This document shows, piece after piece, positions 1 to 9,687 of a stretch of 64,000 nt of DNA (positions within the stretch are counted from its first letter, which is position 1; each line of letters opens with the position of its first letter). The DNA comes from an uncultured delta proteobacterium. GTDB lineage: Bacteria; Desulfobacterota; Binatia; Binatales; Binataceae. The notes beneath the pieces were generated by a model. It was not told the DNA's origin, did not search any database, and was given only the letters and a program-made list of their open reading frames with translations. Position numbers and translations under genes: made by a program. The stretch is from NCBI GenBank assembly GCA_963815255.1, contig CAWFGH010000009.1, positions 63,467 through 127,466 on the forward strand, given 5' to 3'.

Positions 1-221
1 CGGCCGCCCTCAAAGTGCTCGACCTGCCGCACAACCAGGTCGCGATGGTGGGTGATTCACTGCACAAGGATTGCGCACCTGCGCGCAAGCTCGGCATGCG
101 CTCGATTTGGCTGCGGGCGCAACACGCGGGAGCGGGCGAGCATCCGCAGGCGCGCGAGGCGGCCGCCGTGGCCGACCATACGATCGATACGCTCGATGAG
201 CTCAAGGGGCTGAAATGGTAA
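1..221 (+). CDS. HAD-superfamily hydrolase, C-terminal fragment; the gene starts upstream of the window
   Basis: The frame is open from the window edge. The C-terminal motif MVGDSLHKD...LGMRSIWL is typical of HAD phosphatases. Confidence 0.45.
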   Translation, partial: AALKVLDLPHNQVAMVGDSLHKDCAPARKLGMRSIWLRAQHAGAGEHPQAREAAAVADHTIDTLDELKGLKW

Positions 222-958
222 CCGGTCTTCCCGGCGCGATTATCGCCGCCGGCCGGGGCGAGCGGCTGCGCGGCGCGGTGAATGATCTGCCTAAGCCGCT
301 GGTCGAGCTCGGTGGCGAGACGATGCTTGTACGGCAGGCGCGAATGTTGCGCCAGGCAGGTGCCGAAACCGTCGTCGCACTGATCAACTCCGAGACCGCC
401 AGCTTTATCGTGGCCCGCGCCGTGCGGATTCCGCCATGGATGAAAGTCCAGGCGCGCGATACTCCAAGTTCGATGGAATCGCTGTTCACGCTGGGCGAGC
501 ATTTGCGCGGCGCTCCGCATTTTCTGCTGGCCACGGTCGACGCGGTGGTCGATGCGGCTGAAATGCGCCGCTTCGCCGGCCGCGCGCTGGAGCTTACCGC
601 CGGCAGCGGCGCGGCGCGCTTCGACGGCGCACTGGCGGTGGTACGATGGCGCGGCGACAAGCGGCCGCTGTTCGCCGAGGTCGCGCCTAACGGCGCGATC
701 GTGGCGCTCGGCGAGCGCGAGAGCGCGATGGTCACGGCCGGTTTCTATTACTTGCCCGCGGCGATTTTCGATTTTGCGCCGCGCGCGCGCGCCGAGCGCC
801 TCGACGCGATGCGCAAGTTGCTCGCGATGGCGGTCGCGAGTGGGATGCGCCTTGCCGCAGTCGAACTGGAGGCAACGATCGACGTCGACGAGTCGGCCGA
901 TCTTGCCGCCGCGCGCGCGATGGTCGCTCGCGGTGAACCCAACGGAAGCGGGGGCTGA
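215..958 (+). CDS. Nucleotidyltransferase (NTP-transferase fold, sugar-phosphate nucleotidyltransferase-like)
   Basis: N-terminal AIIAAGRGERLRG...PKPLVELGG matches the G-x-G-x-R-L nucleotidyltransferase signature. The start overlaps the upstream stop by a few nt. Confidence 0.55.
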   Translation: MVTGLPGAIIAAGRGERLRGAVNDLPKPLVELGGETMLVRQARMLRQAGAETVVALINSETASFIVARAVRIPPWMKVQARDTPSSMESLFTLGEHLRGAPHFLLATVDAVVDAAEMRRFAGRALELTAGSGAARFDGALAVVRWRGDKRPLFAEVAPNGAIVALGERESAMVTAGFYYLPAAIFDFAPRARAERLDAMRKLLAMAVASGMRLAAVELEATIDVDESADLAAARAMVARGEPNGSGG

Positions 959-960
959 AG

Positions 961-1797
961 ATGCGCGCGCTGGGGGTTTATCGCGAGCCCGAGTTCTCGC
1001 CGGGCAAGGTCGACCACGACGCCGCGATTCTCGACGCGGTGCTGGCCGAACTCAAGCGTCATGGCGTTGAGATCTCCGCGATCAGCGCGGCGCGCCTGGT
1101 CGACGATCCGCCGGCGGGCGCCGATCTGGTGCTCGCGATGTGCCAGGGTGAGCGCGCGCTCGGCCGCCTGGTGGCGCTCGAGCAGCAGGGCGCGATCGCG
1201 ATCAACTCGGCGCTCGCTATCCGCAACTGCTATCGCGATCTCCTGTGCGCCGGCCTCGTTCACGCCGGCGTGCCCGTGCCGAGCGGCGCGCTGGTCCGCA
1301 CCGGCTCGCGCCCGCCGGACCTGACGCCGCTCGGCGTGCTGGACCTCGATTCCCCGATGTTCGTCAAGCGCGGCGACTTGCATGCACTTGCGCCCGAGGA
1401 CGTGCAGCGGGTAGAAAACCGTGGCGCACTGCGCTCGGCGCTGGCCGGGATGGCGCAGCGCGGAGTGCCGATCGCCTACGTGCAGCAGGCGGTCGAGGGC
1501 AGGGTGGTAAAGTTTTACGGCGTCAGCGGCGGCGAGTACTTCGCCGCGCTCGACGAAGAAGACGAAAAGGAGACGTCATCCGAGCAAGTGCGGCTCGATT
1601 TGGCCAGGAGCGCCGCGGCTGCCGCCGCCACGCTCGGTCTCGAGACTTGGGGCGGCGACGCGGTGATCGACGGTGATCGCTTTATGATGATCGACTTCAA
1701 CGACTGGCCCAGCTTCAGCCGGGTACGCGAGGCCGCCGCCCGCGCGATTGCTCGGCGCTGCTTGATGCTCGCGCGCCGGCCGCGCCAGGGCTTCTAA
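961..1797 (+). CDS. ATP-grasp-like ligase (pre-ATP-grasp plus ATP-grasp), function unknown
   Basis: 278-aa ORF, tightly spaced after the nucleotidyltransferase. Composition and length are consistent with the RimK/glutathione-synthetase-like fold; this is a weak motif call. Confidence 0.45.
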   Translation: MRALGVYREPEFSPGKVDHDAAILDAVLAELKRHGVEISAISAARLVDDPPAGADLVLAMCQGERALGRLVALEQQGAIAINSALAIRNCYRDLLCAGLVHAGVPVPSGALVRTGSRPPDLTPLGVLDLDSPMFVKRGDLHALAPEDVQRVENRGALRSALAGMAQRGVPIAYVQQAVEGRVVKFYGVSGGEYFAALDEEDEKETSSEQVRLDLARSAAAAAATLGLETWGGDAVIDGDRFMMIDFNDWPSFSRVREAAARAIARRCLMLARRPRQGF

Positions 1798-1867
1798 GCC
1801 ATAATTTGGCGCGAGGACGCAGGCAGGCCGCAGCATGAGCAAACCGCAAACCCCGACGCCGCGAACG

Positions 1868-1990
1868 GCCGGCAGACCGAAAATAGTGGACGGACCGAAA
1901 GTCGTAGAGGGACCGAAGGTCGCAGACGGAACGAAAACCGCCAATGGATCCAGGGCGGTTACTGATTCCAGGACCGTCAACGGTTCCGCG
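1868..1990 (+). repeat. Degenerate 18-bp periodic tandem repeat (ggaccgaaagtcgtagag-like, about 6-7 units)
   Basis: Read directly: gga ccg aaa ata gtg gac / gga ccg aaa gtc gta gag / gga ccg aag gtc gca gac / gga acg aaa acc gcc aat and so on. It lies just upstream of, and overlaps, the 5' end of the aminotransferase ORF. Confidence 0.6.
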
Positions 1991-3374
1991 ACCGCGAAGC
2001 GAAGTACGATCCGCGCGCGGGTCCGGTCTTCAGCCTAAAATAACCACTCCAGTTCCGGGACCAAAATCGCGCGCGCTGTTCGCCGAGGAGCAGAGCCATA
2101 TCGCGCCCGGCCGTCAGCGTATCTCGCTGCTTGCCGGAGTCGCGTTCGATCACGGCGAGGGCGCGACGCTCACCGACGTCGACGGCAACGTGTTCGTCGA
2201 TTTTTTTGCCGGCGTCGCGGTCGCGAGTCTCGGCCACGGCCATCCGGCGCTCGCGCAGGCGCTCGCGCATCAGGCCTCGCGGCTGATCGTCGGCACCTTC
2301 GCCACGCCCGAGCGCGCCGAGGCGTTCAGGATGCTCGCCGAGGCTGCGCCCGCTGGACTCGACCGCGCTCATCTATATAGCGGCGGTGCCGAGGCGGTTG
2401 AGGCGGCGCTCAGGCTCGCGCGCTCGAAAACCAAACGGCACGAGGTGCTGAGCTTCTGGGGCGGCTTCCACGGCAAAACCGGCGGCGTGATCGGACTTAT
2501 CGGCGACGAATCCAAGCAGGGCTACGGCCCGCTGCCCGGCGGCCAGTACGTGGTCCCGTATGCCGACTGCTATCGATGCCCGTTCAAGCTGGAATATCCC
2601 GAGTGCGGGATGTACTGCGTCGACTTCGCGCGTCAGCAACTCAAGCACGGCTCGGCGGGTGCGCTGGCGGCCGTAGTGGTCGAGCCGATGCAGGGGACGG
2701 CGGGTAACGTGATTCCGCCCGACGATTACCTGCCCGCGGTAAAGGAACTCGCGCACGAGCATGGCGCGCTGGTGATCGCGGACGAAATGATCACCGGCTT
2801 CGGGCGCACCGGGCGGATGTGGGGGATCGAGCACAGCCGCGTCGCGCCCGACATCATGACGATCGGCAAGGGGATGGGGTCCGGCTTCCCGGTCGCGGGC
2901 GTACTGCTCAGCGATGAGCTGGGAAAGAGCGAGCCGTTTGGCAAGCCGAGCGCGTCGTCGTCGAGTTACGGCGGCAATCCGCTGGCCGCGGTGGCGGTCG
3001 CCGAGACGCTCCGCGCGATCAAGCGCGAAGGCCTGATCGAAAATTCCGCCGTTGTCGGCGCGTTCATGCTCGAGCGCCTGATGCGGCTCAAAGAGAAATA
3101 CGAATTCATCGGCGATGTGCGCGGCAAGGGCCTGCTGATAGGCCTCGACCTGGTGCGCGATCGCAAAACCAAGGAGATGCTCGGGCGTTCGATAACCGAG
3201 GCCATCTTCAAGGAGGCGCTGAGGCGCGGCCTCCTGGTGATGGGCTATTTTCCGCGCATGCGGATCAATCCGCCGCTGGTCATCACGCGCGAGCAGGCCG
3301 AAGCGGGTATCGAGATTCTCGACGAGGTTTTCGCCCACGTCCGCGACCATCTCGACTGGCGCAACGCTCCGTAG
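1944..3374 (+). CDS. Class III pyridoxal-phosphate aminotransferase (acetylornithine/4-aminobutyrate aminotransferase family)
   Basis: PGPKSRALFAEE N-terminal region, GHGHPA, and DEMITGFGRTGRMWG...IMTIGKGMGSGFPV (PLP-lysine region). The true start is uncertain; a 67-aa repeat-containing ORF at 1835-2038 in another frame overlaps it. Confidence 0.8.
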   Translation: MDPGRLLIPGPSTVPRPRSEVRSARGSGLQPKITTPVPGPKSRALFAEEQSHIAPGRQRISLLAGVAFDHGEGATLTDVDGNVFVDFFAGVAVASLGHGHPALAQALAHQASRLIVGTFATPERAEAFRMLAEAAPAGLDRAHLYSGGAEAVEAALRLARSKTKRHEVLSFWGGFHGKTGGVIGLIGDESKQGYGPLPGGQYVVPYADCYRCPFKLEYPECGMYCVDFARQQLKHGSAGALAAVVVEPMQGTAGNVIPPDDYLPAVKELAHEHGALVIADEMITGFGRTGRMWGIEHSRVAPDIMTIGKGMGSGFPVAGVLLSDELGKSEPFGKPSASSSSYGGNPLAAVAVAETLRAIKREGLIENSAVVGAFMLERLMRLKEKYEFIGDVRGKGLLIGLDLVRDRKTKEMLGRSITEAIFKEALRRGLLVMGYFPRMRINPPLVITREQAEAGIEILDEVFAHVRDHLDWRNAP

Positions 3375-3390
3375 CCGAAAAGAGTGGACG

Positions 3391-3867
3391 ATGGCTGAGG
3401 ATGCGGGAAATCGCGGACTGTTCTGCGACCTGGCGGGGACACTGGTGAAGATGGATGACACCCGCCAGCTTCCGCTGGGCCCCGACGGAAAAATCGTGGT
3501 CGAGCTGCTGCCCGGCGTGGCCGAGAAGCTAAGCCCAATACGCGATCATCTGATCTTCGTCGTCACCAACCAAGCCGGGATCGCGCGCGGGCGGCTTAGC
3601 CTCGCGCAGGTCGAGGCCGCGATTGGCGAGCTCGACCGCCAGCTCGGCGACATCCTGACCGGATGGCAGATCTGTCCGCACGACGACGCCGACCGATGCG
3701 CCTGCCGCAAGCCCAGAGGCGGGATGCTGACCGAGTTGGGCGCCACGTATGGCGTGGACATGGCGAGCTCGACGATGGTTGGCGATCAGGAAATCGACGC
3801 CGCGGCGTCGCGCGCGGCGGGCGTCGGCCACTTCATCTGGGCGCACGATTTCTTCGGCTGGAAATAG
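3391..3867 (+). CDS. HAD-IIIA phosphatase, D,D-heptose-1,7-bisphosphate phosphatase (GmhB)-like
   Basis: LFCDLAGTL (DxDGT-like) and the CPHxxxDxCxCRKP zinc-binding loop characteristic of GmhB / histidinol-phosphatase-type HAD-IIIA enzymes. Confidence 0.7.
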   Translation: MAEDAGNRGLFCDLAGTLVKMDDTRQLPLGPDGKIVVELLPGVAEKLSPIRDHLIFVVTNQAGIARGRLSLAQVEAAIGELDRQLGDILTGWQICPHDDADRCACRKPRGGMLTELGATYGVDMASSTMVGDQEIDAAASRAAGVGHFIWAHDFFGWK

Positions 3868-3999
3868 CCGCTGTAGGCCGTATCGCGCGTCTTTCGAACC
3901 GCCTGTATGTCGCTCGGCAGGCTGAACTTGACCGAGGCGGCGAAAGCCGACAGATTGTTCTGTGCCGGGTGGGGACCGCAACAATTGCCCGATGACTTG

Positions 4000-4332
4000 A
4001 TGAAGCCAACATCTACAGATCGTCGACGCTGGATGAGCAGGATAGCCGGTATCACCGCAGCTATATTGCTTCTGGCGCAGACGGTTGGTGTTGCGCATTT
4101 CCATCCGCTCCCCTCCCAGCAGAAATACGTCACCAATGCCGCCGTCAGCGTTGACGACGGCCTCTGTGCGCTCTGTCTCGTCCGCTTCCATAGCCCGGCC
4201 GCATTGATCGTCGCGCCTCATCCGGCGGCGCCGATCATGGTCGAAGTGACCGCTCTTGGCGCGGCTAGGATGGAGCCGCTTTCTTCGTATCGATCGCATC
4301 GCTTCGGCCGGGCTCCGCCCGCGTCGGTCTGA
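4000..4332 (+). CDS. Hypothetical membrane-anchored protein (single N-terminal TM, GLCALCLV motif); possibly a DUF2946-like partner of the TonB-dependent receptor
   Basis: ORF with a hydrophobic N-terminal segment directly upstream of the TonB-dependent receptor. Not confidently recognised. Confidence 0.3.
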   Translation: MKPTSTDRRRWMSRIAGITAAILLLAQTVGVAHFHPLPSQQKYVTNAAVSVDDGLCALCLVRFHSPAALIVAPHPAAPIMVEVTALGAARMEPLSSYRSHRFGRAPPASV

Positions 4333-4444
4333 ACTCCCCGTTTCTGGCAAAACTCAGTACTCAATTGCGCGCGGCCTCGGTCGCGCGCGGTGCCGCGCGC
4401 GCGAAATCGCGGCGGCGTGATGCTTTGCTCTGGAGGAGTGTGCG

Positions 4445-6841
4445 ATGCGATCTTTACCCCTGCTTGTGCTGGGACTGGCAACCCTGTTGATCCAGATATT
4501 CTTGATATTCGTCTCGTCTGCCGAAGGTTCACAGACGTCTAAGGTGACGCGGCAGACCGTCACTGGAACCGTTACCGACGCACTTGGCAGGCCGCTTGCG
4601 GGCGCCAACGTGGAACTCCAGAACAGCGCCGGCAAGACCGTCGCGAAAGCGAAAAGCGACGCCGAGGGCCGCTTCACTTTTGCCGACGTCGCGCCCGGCG
4701 TCTACGCGGTCGTCGCCAAGAAGGCGACCTTCAAGCCCGCGACCTCGATCGTCAGCGTCGCGGCATCGGGCGCAAAACCCTTGACGCTCGCGCTTCAGTC
4801 GGAAGCCGCGCTTAGCATGGCGGTGGTGGCGCAGCGCCTCAACAAGGCGCGCAACAGTCTGTCGCCGGAGACGGGAGGCAGCGTCTATCGCTTCAGCGAG
4901 CAGGCGATCAAGGACCTGCCTCAGGGCAATAATACTGCGCTGAACGACGTGCTGCTTCAGGCGCCCGGCGTGGTGCAGGATTCATTCGGCCAGCTCCACG
5001 TTCGCGGCGACCATGCCAACCTGCAGTACCGGATAAACGGGGTTCAGTTGCCGGAAGGCATCACCGGCTTCGGCCAGGTGCATCAGTCCGCGCTTTGCGC
5101 AAAGCATAAGCCTGCTGACCGGCGCCCTACCTGCCGAGTTTGGACTACGCACCGCCGGCGTCATCGACATCAAGACCAAGGACGGATTGCTGGAAAACGG
5201 CGGCGATGTCGAGTTCTACGGTGGGCAGCGCTCGACGATACAGCCAAGCTTCGAGTATGGCGGTTCAATCGGCAAGTTCAGCTACTTCGTGACGGGCCAG
5301 TACCTCAGCACCACCCGCGGTGTCGAGCCGCCGACTCCGGGGCCGTCACCGATTCACGACCAGTCTTACCAGGGCCAGGCGTTCGGTTATTTTTCGTATT
5401 TTCTGAGCCCCACCACACGGCTCAGTCTGGTAACGGGTTCGGACGTGAACCATTTCCAGATCGGGGCGAATCCTGGCCAACCTCAAGTCTTTGCGCTATC
5501 GGGCGTTCCGGTCTATCCGTCGGCGGGCATCGATGAAAACCAGTTCGAACAGAACTACTTCGGAGTATTCGCTCTGCAGGGGACTATCGGCTCGAACTTC
5601 GACTATCAGATCGCGCCCGTTCAGCCGCTATTCGACGGTATCGTTCTACCCGGATTTCGACGGCGACCTGATCTATCAATGGCGCCGCTTCCAGGGTGTT
5701 CCGAAGCGATTGGGGAAACGGCATTCAGGCCGATGCGACCTACAGGGCATTCGCATCACATACGTTTCGTCTCGGCGCATTCTTCGATTCCGAGCGCGCG
5801 GAAATCGACAATCACGAGGCGACCTTCCCCATCGTCAATGGCACTCCTTCCAATCTTCCGATTTCGATCGTCGACAACAAGGCGCTCCAGACCTGGATCT
5901 ATAGCGTCTATGCGCAGGACGAATGGAAGCCAGTCGAGAAGCTCACGATCAACTATGGCGTGCGCTTTGACCTGTACGACGGGCTGACGCGGGCGGACCA
6001 GGCGAGTCCGCGGGTGGGTGCGGTGTATAGCCTCTTCAAGGGCACCACGCTCCACGCTGCCTATGCCCGGTATTTCACGCCGCCGCCGACGGAACTCGTT
6101 TCGGTAAGCGACATCGCGAAATTTGCCAACACCACAGGCGCAACACCTAGCATGGGCAATGGCAACCCGACCGTCGAGCGCGATCACTATTTCGATGCCG
6201 GTATAACCCAGCAAGTGATTCCGGGACTCAACTTAGGAATAGATTCGTACTACAAAAAGGCCCGTGACCTGATCGACGAGGGACAGTTCGGCCCCGCCCT
6301 TATCTTTCAAACCTTCAACTACGCGAAAGGCCGCGTCTACGGCGTCGAACAAACGGGCTCGTACACTCACGAAAACCTGTATCTGTACGAGAACTTCGAC
6401 TACAGCGTCGCGCAGGGCACTCAGGTCGAATCCGGGCAATTCAATTTCGCGCCGGACGAACTCGCTTTCATCAAAACTCACTATATCTTCCTGGATCACG
6501 ACCAGACCTTCTCCGCCTCGGCCGGCGCCGTCTACAGATGGCAGGGGTTCACGTTCAGTATCGATGGAATCTACGGGAGTGGGCTCAGAGCCGGCTTCGC
6601 CAACACCGGCAACCTGCCGTACTACATCCAGATCGACGCCGGTATCCGCAAGCGCTTCGTCCTGCCCAATGCTGGCGCGATGGAAGTGCGCGCTGCGGTA
6701 GTCAATCTCAACGATCGTACGTACGAGATTCGTAACGGAACAGGGATCGGCGTCTTCGCACCGCAATTCGGTCCGCGCCGCGCGTTCTACGGCGGAATAA
6801 AGTGGGACCTTCCTTCCTTCAGCCGAACCGCCATACAGTGA
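4445..6841 (+). pseudogene. TonB-dependent outer-membrane receptor (carboxypeptidase-regulatory-like N-domain, plug and beta-barrel) interrupted by three +1 frameshifts
   Basis: The signal peptide, CarbopepD-reg-like domain and plug (RINGVQLPEGITGFGQ) are in frame 2. The continuation ISPRFAQSISLLTGALPAEFGLRTAGVIDIKTKDG is in frame 0 from about 5080. NFDYQIAP shifts to FSRYSTVSFYPDFDGDLIYQ near 5615 and to RVFRSDWGNGIQADATYR near 5683. The C-terminal barrel is intact through 6841, and a good RBS (ggagga) precedes 4445. Confidence 0.7.
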
Positions 6842-6935
6842 AACCGGCGAAAGTTGAAGGAGTGAAAAGTGAAAACGTGAAGAGCCGAAAGACGCCCGCC
6901 GTTCCGGAGCCGAGAATACACGCGAGGATTTAGCA

Positions 6936-7628
6936 ATGCATGAACTGAGCAGTGCTTGGAGTGAGCTGCAATACGGCGGCATGATCATATATCCGCTCTT
7001 GTTGCTCGGAATTATCGCCGTGCTGATCATTCTCGATCGGGCGGTGGCTTACTACCGATCCCTTCGACTGCCGAGTTCGCTGGCCGAGTTGGTCGAGACC
7101 TACGGCTTTGCCTGGGATGAACTGGACCGCCAACTGGCGGCGCTAGCGCCGGTGAATGTCTACCGGCGGTTCTTCGAGGTGATTAGCGATAATCGCAACA
7201 AGCCCGCGTGGTGGGTCGAATCGCGCGCCGGCGACGAAGCGGGCGATATCGAGAAGAGCCTGAGCCGCGGCTTGTGGATACTCGAAACGGTGGTTACCGC
7301 GGCGCCATTGTTGGGCCTGCTCGGAACTATCACCGGCATGATGCAGGCCTTCAAGGTAATCGGTGGGTCGGGACTGGTCGCGCCAACGCAGGTGACTTCG
7401 GGCGTGGCGCAGGCGCTGATATCGACGGCACTGGGCCTTCTGATCGCGCTCTTCGCATTGTTCGGATTCAACTTCTTCGCGCGCACGCAGTCGCAAGCGC
7501 TCGATCACCTGGAACGCCTGGGGTCGCGGCTGATTGACCATATCCGCCTGGACGAGGAAACCGGAGAAAAGGAGGCGATCGCCAGCGTCACCCCGCTCGC
7601 GCCGCGCGAGGGGAGGGTCAAGCGATGA
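6936..7628 (+). CDS. exbB: MotA/TolQ/ExbB proton-channel protein
   Basis: 230 aa with three TM helices and the conserved TolQ/ExbB core (LLGLLGTITGMMQAF...LISTALGLLIA). Placed after the TonB-dependent receptor and before exbD. Confidence 0.85.
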   Translation: MHELSSAWSELQYGGMIIYPLLLLGIIAVLIILDRAVAYYRSLRLPSSLAELVETYGFAWDELDRQLAALAPVNVYRRFFEVISDNRNKPAWWVESRAGDEAGDIEKSLSRGLWILETVVTAAPLLGLLGTITGMMQAFKVIGGSGLVAPTQVTSGVAQALISTALGLLIALFALFGFNFFARTQSQALDHLERLGSRLIDHIRLDEETGEKEAIASVTPLAPREGRVKR

Positions 7629-8026
7629 AGCTGCGCAAGGGACGAGGTTATCGGCGCGGCCGAATCGAGATCATCCCGATGATCGACGTGATGTTCTTCC
7701 TGCTGGTGACGTTCATGCTGGCGTCGCTGTCGATGCAGAGTCTCAACTCGATCACAGTAAATCTTCCGCAGGGCGATGCTCCCAACCTCCAGCACAAGGA
7801 GCCGGTCGCACTGACTATTACCAAGGATAGCAAGATCTTTCTCGACAAGACTCCGACCACGCTACCGACGCTGGCATTTACGCTGAAGAGCATGCTGCAG
7901 GGAGCGGATAAGGGAGTGGTGGTCAACGCGGACGGTGCCGCGCCCGAAGGTATTGTGGTGGAGGCGATGCTCCAGGCGCGCCGGGCAGGGGTGGAGCATT
8001 TTCTGATCGCGGTCAAGCGCGAATGA
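7625..8026 (+). CDS. exbD: ExbD/TolR biopolymer transport protein
   Basis: 133 aa with the N-terminal motif RRGRIEIIPMIDVMFFLLVTFM typical of ExbD/TolR. Its start overlaps the exbB stop by 4 nt. Confidence 0.85.
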   Translation: MKLRKGRGYRRGRIEIIPMIDVMFFLLVTFMLASLSMQSLNSITVNLPQGDAPNLQHKEPVALTITKDSKIFLDKTPTTLPTLAFTLKSMLQGADKGVVVNADGAAPEGIVVEAMLQARRAGVEHFLIAVKRE

Positions 8027-8748
8027 ACGATGCGGTTCAAACAGCTTCGCCATTCCTGGATGAACCCTGGCGGCGGCTGGCCTGGATCGCGCCGCTATCA
8101 ATTGCAATCTGGGCCGGGGTACTGCTTGGCTTCGCGATGGTGCTCAAACAGACGGCGCCGCCGTTGCCGGAACTGAAGCCGATCGAAGCGCGGATCGTCG
8201 AGTTGCCCCCGGCTGCCGGTCTTCAGGGCGGCCCGGCGGCAGTGCCGCATCCGGTCGCGCCGGCGCCACCCAAGCCCAAGCCCCACGTCGAGGTCCGGCG
8301 CAAAGCGCCGGTGCATCCGCACAAGCTGATAATCCCGGAAGCTCCGCCGTCGTTCGCCGGGACGCGAAAAGAAGCACCCGCGGAATCGAGCGCGAGCACC
8401 AAGACCGCGCCGACGGGCGGCGGTGCCGAGAGCAGTGGCGCGCCGGAGGAGAAAGGCGGCGGGTCGGGACTCGGCAGCGACAGCCTTGGCGCGCGGGCGA
8501 TCTATTCACCGGTGCCGAAGATTCCGGACGACTTGCGCGAGGTCGCCTTTGAGGCGGAAGCGGTGGCGCACTTCGAGGTTTCTTACGACGGAAATGTGAA
8601 AGTGACGCTGGCGAAGCCGACCGCGGATCCGCGGCTCAATCAGATTCTGCTGACCACTCTGCAGCAGTGGCGTTTTTTTCCTGCGATGAAGGGTGGAGTG
8701 GCGATCGACTCAGCCTTCGACGTGCGAATCCCTGTAAGCGTTCAATGA
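8023..8748 (+). CDS. tonB: TonB energy-transducer (Pro-rich spacer plus C-terminal TonB domain)
   Basis: N-terminal TM anchor, a Pro-rich segment (PVAPAPPKPKPHVEVRRKAP), and a C-terminal domain (HFEVSYDGNVKVTLAKP...). The start overlaps the exbD stop. Confidence 0.75.
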   Translation: MNDAVQTASPFLDEPWRRLAWIAPLSIAIWAGVLLGFAMVLKQTAPPLPELKPIEARIVELPPAAGLQGGPAAVPHPVAPAPPKPKPHVEVRRKAPVHPHKLIIPEAPPSFAGTRKEAPAESSASTKTAPTGGGAESSGAPEEKGGGSGLGSDSLGARAIYSPVPKIPDDLREVAFEAEAVAHFEVSYDGNVKVTLAKPTADPRLNQILLTTLQQWRFFPAMKGGVAIDSAFDVRIPVSVQ

Positions 8749-8799
8749 GCGGAAGGCCTTCTATTTCAGTGTCTTGATGAAGCTCGCGTATGAAGTACA

Positions 8800-9534
8800 G
8801 TGACCGACCGGATGCAGGTCATGCCGATAGTCCTGGCCTCGGCGACGCTGATCTCGACCGGGCTTGGCGGAATGGCGGCGCTACGGTTTCGCGATCGCCT
8901 TCACCTCCTGCTCGGGTTCAGTGCTGGCGCCGTAATGGCCGTGGCGCTGTTCGACATACTGCCCGAGGTCTTTGCGCTGGAGGGCGGGTCCTCATACATG
9001 CCATTCGCGGCGGCAGGATTCCTGGCCTTCTTCGGGCTGGAGCGCTACACGGCGCTCCATCGCTCTCGTGAACACGTCCACACCGCGACCGCGCACGAGC
9101 AGGAACTTGGCACGCTGTCCGCGGCCGGATTGACCTTTCACAGTTTTCTCGACGGCGTCGCTATCGGAGTGGGCTTTCAAACCAGCGCGAAAATAGGATT
9201 GCTGATCGCTCTGGGAATAATCGCGCACGATCTGAGCGATGGCCTGAACACGGTGACCGTCGTCCTGGCCCATGGCAGTCCGCGCACGCGTGCGATGTCC
9301 TGGCTCGCGGCGGACATGATCGCGCCGGTTCTGGGCGCCGCTACCGCGCTCGTCATAAATCTGGACGGACTCCTGCCGTGGCTGCTCGCTTTTTTCGCCG
9401 GCTCGTTTCTTTACATCGGAGCCTCGGACCTCCTGCCCGAGGCGAGAGAGCACGATTCGCCATGGGTCGGCGTGGCCACAGCCATGGGGATGTCTGCAAT
9501 TTATCTGGCAACCGAAGTGCTCCGAAGATTCTGA
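8800..9534 (+). CDS. ZIP-family divalent metal transporter (ZupT-like)
   Basis: Polytopic membrane protein with the ZIP signature motifs HSFLDGVAIG and IAHDLSDG. Confidence 0.8.
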   Translation: MTDRMQVMPIVLASATLISTGLGGMAALRFRDRLHLLLGFSAGAVMAVALFDILPEVFALEGGSSYMPFAAAGFLAFFGLERYTALHRSREHVHTATAHEQELGTLSAAGLTFHSFLDGVAIGVGFQTSAKIGLLIALGIIAHDLSDGLNTVTVVLAHGSPRTRAMSWLAADMIAPVLGAATALVINLDGLLPWLLAFFAGSFLYIGASDLLPEAREHDSPWVGVATAMGMSAIYLATEVLRRF

Positions 9535-9687
9535 TTTGGTTGTTCGCCGATTTTCGACGCGTGAATTCCGATAGGCGTTCGGATTGGATTCACGGGCTGG
9601 CATTCGTGGCTGCTTTTTGACAGAAATCGGCCTTGAGCACAGCGCTCTATGGCGTCTTTCATCTGATAAACGCAAGGAGATGACAGC

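Noticed and set aside
3529-4350. 273-aa minus-strand ORF overlapping the gmhB-like gene and the downstream region
   Set aside because: It is antisense to a motif-supported gene, and its translation is a low-complexity Arg-rich sequence.
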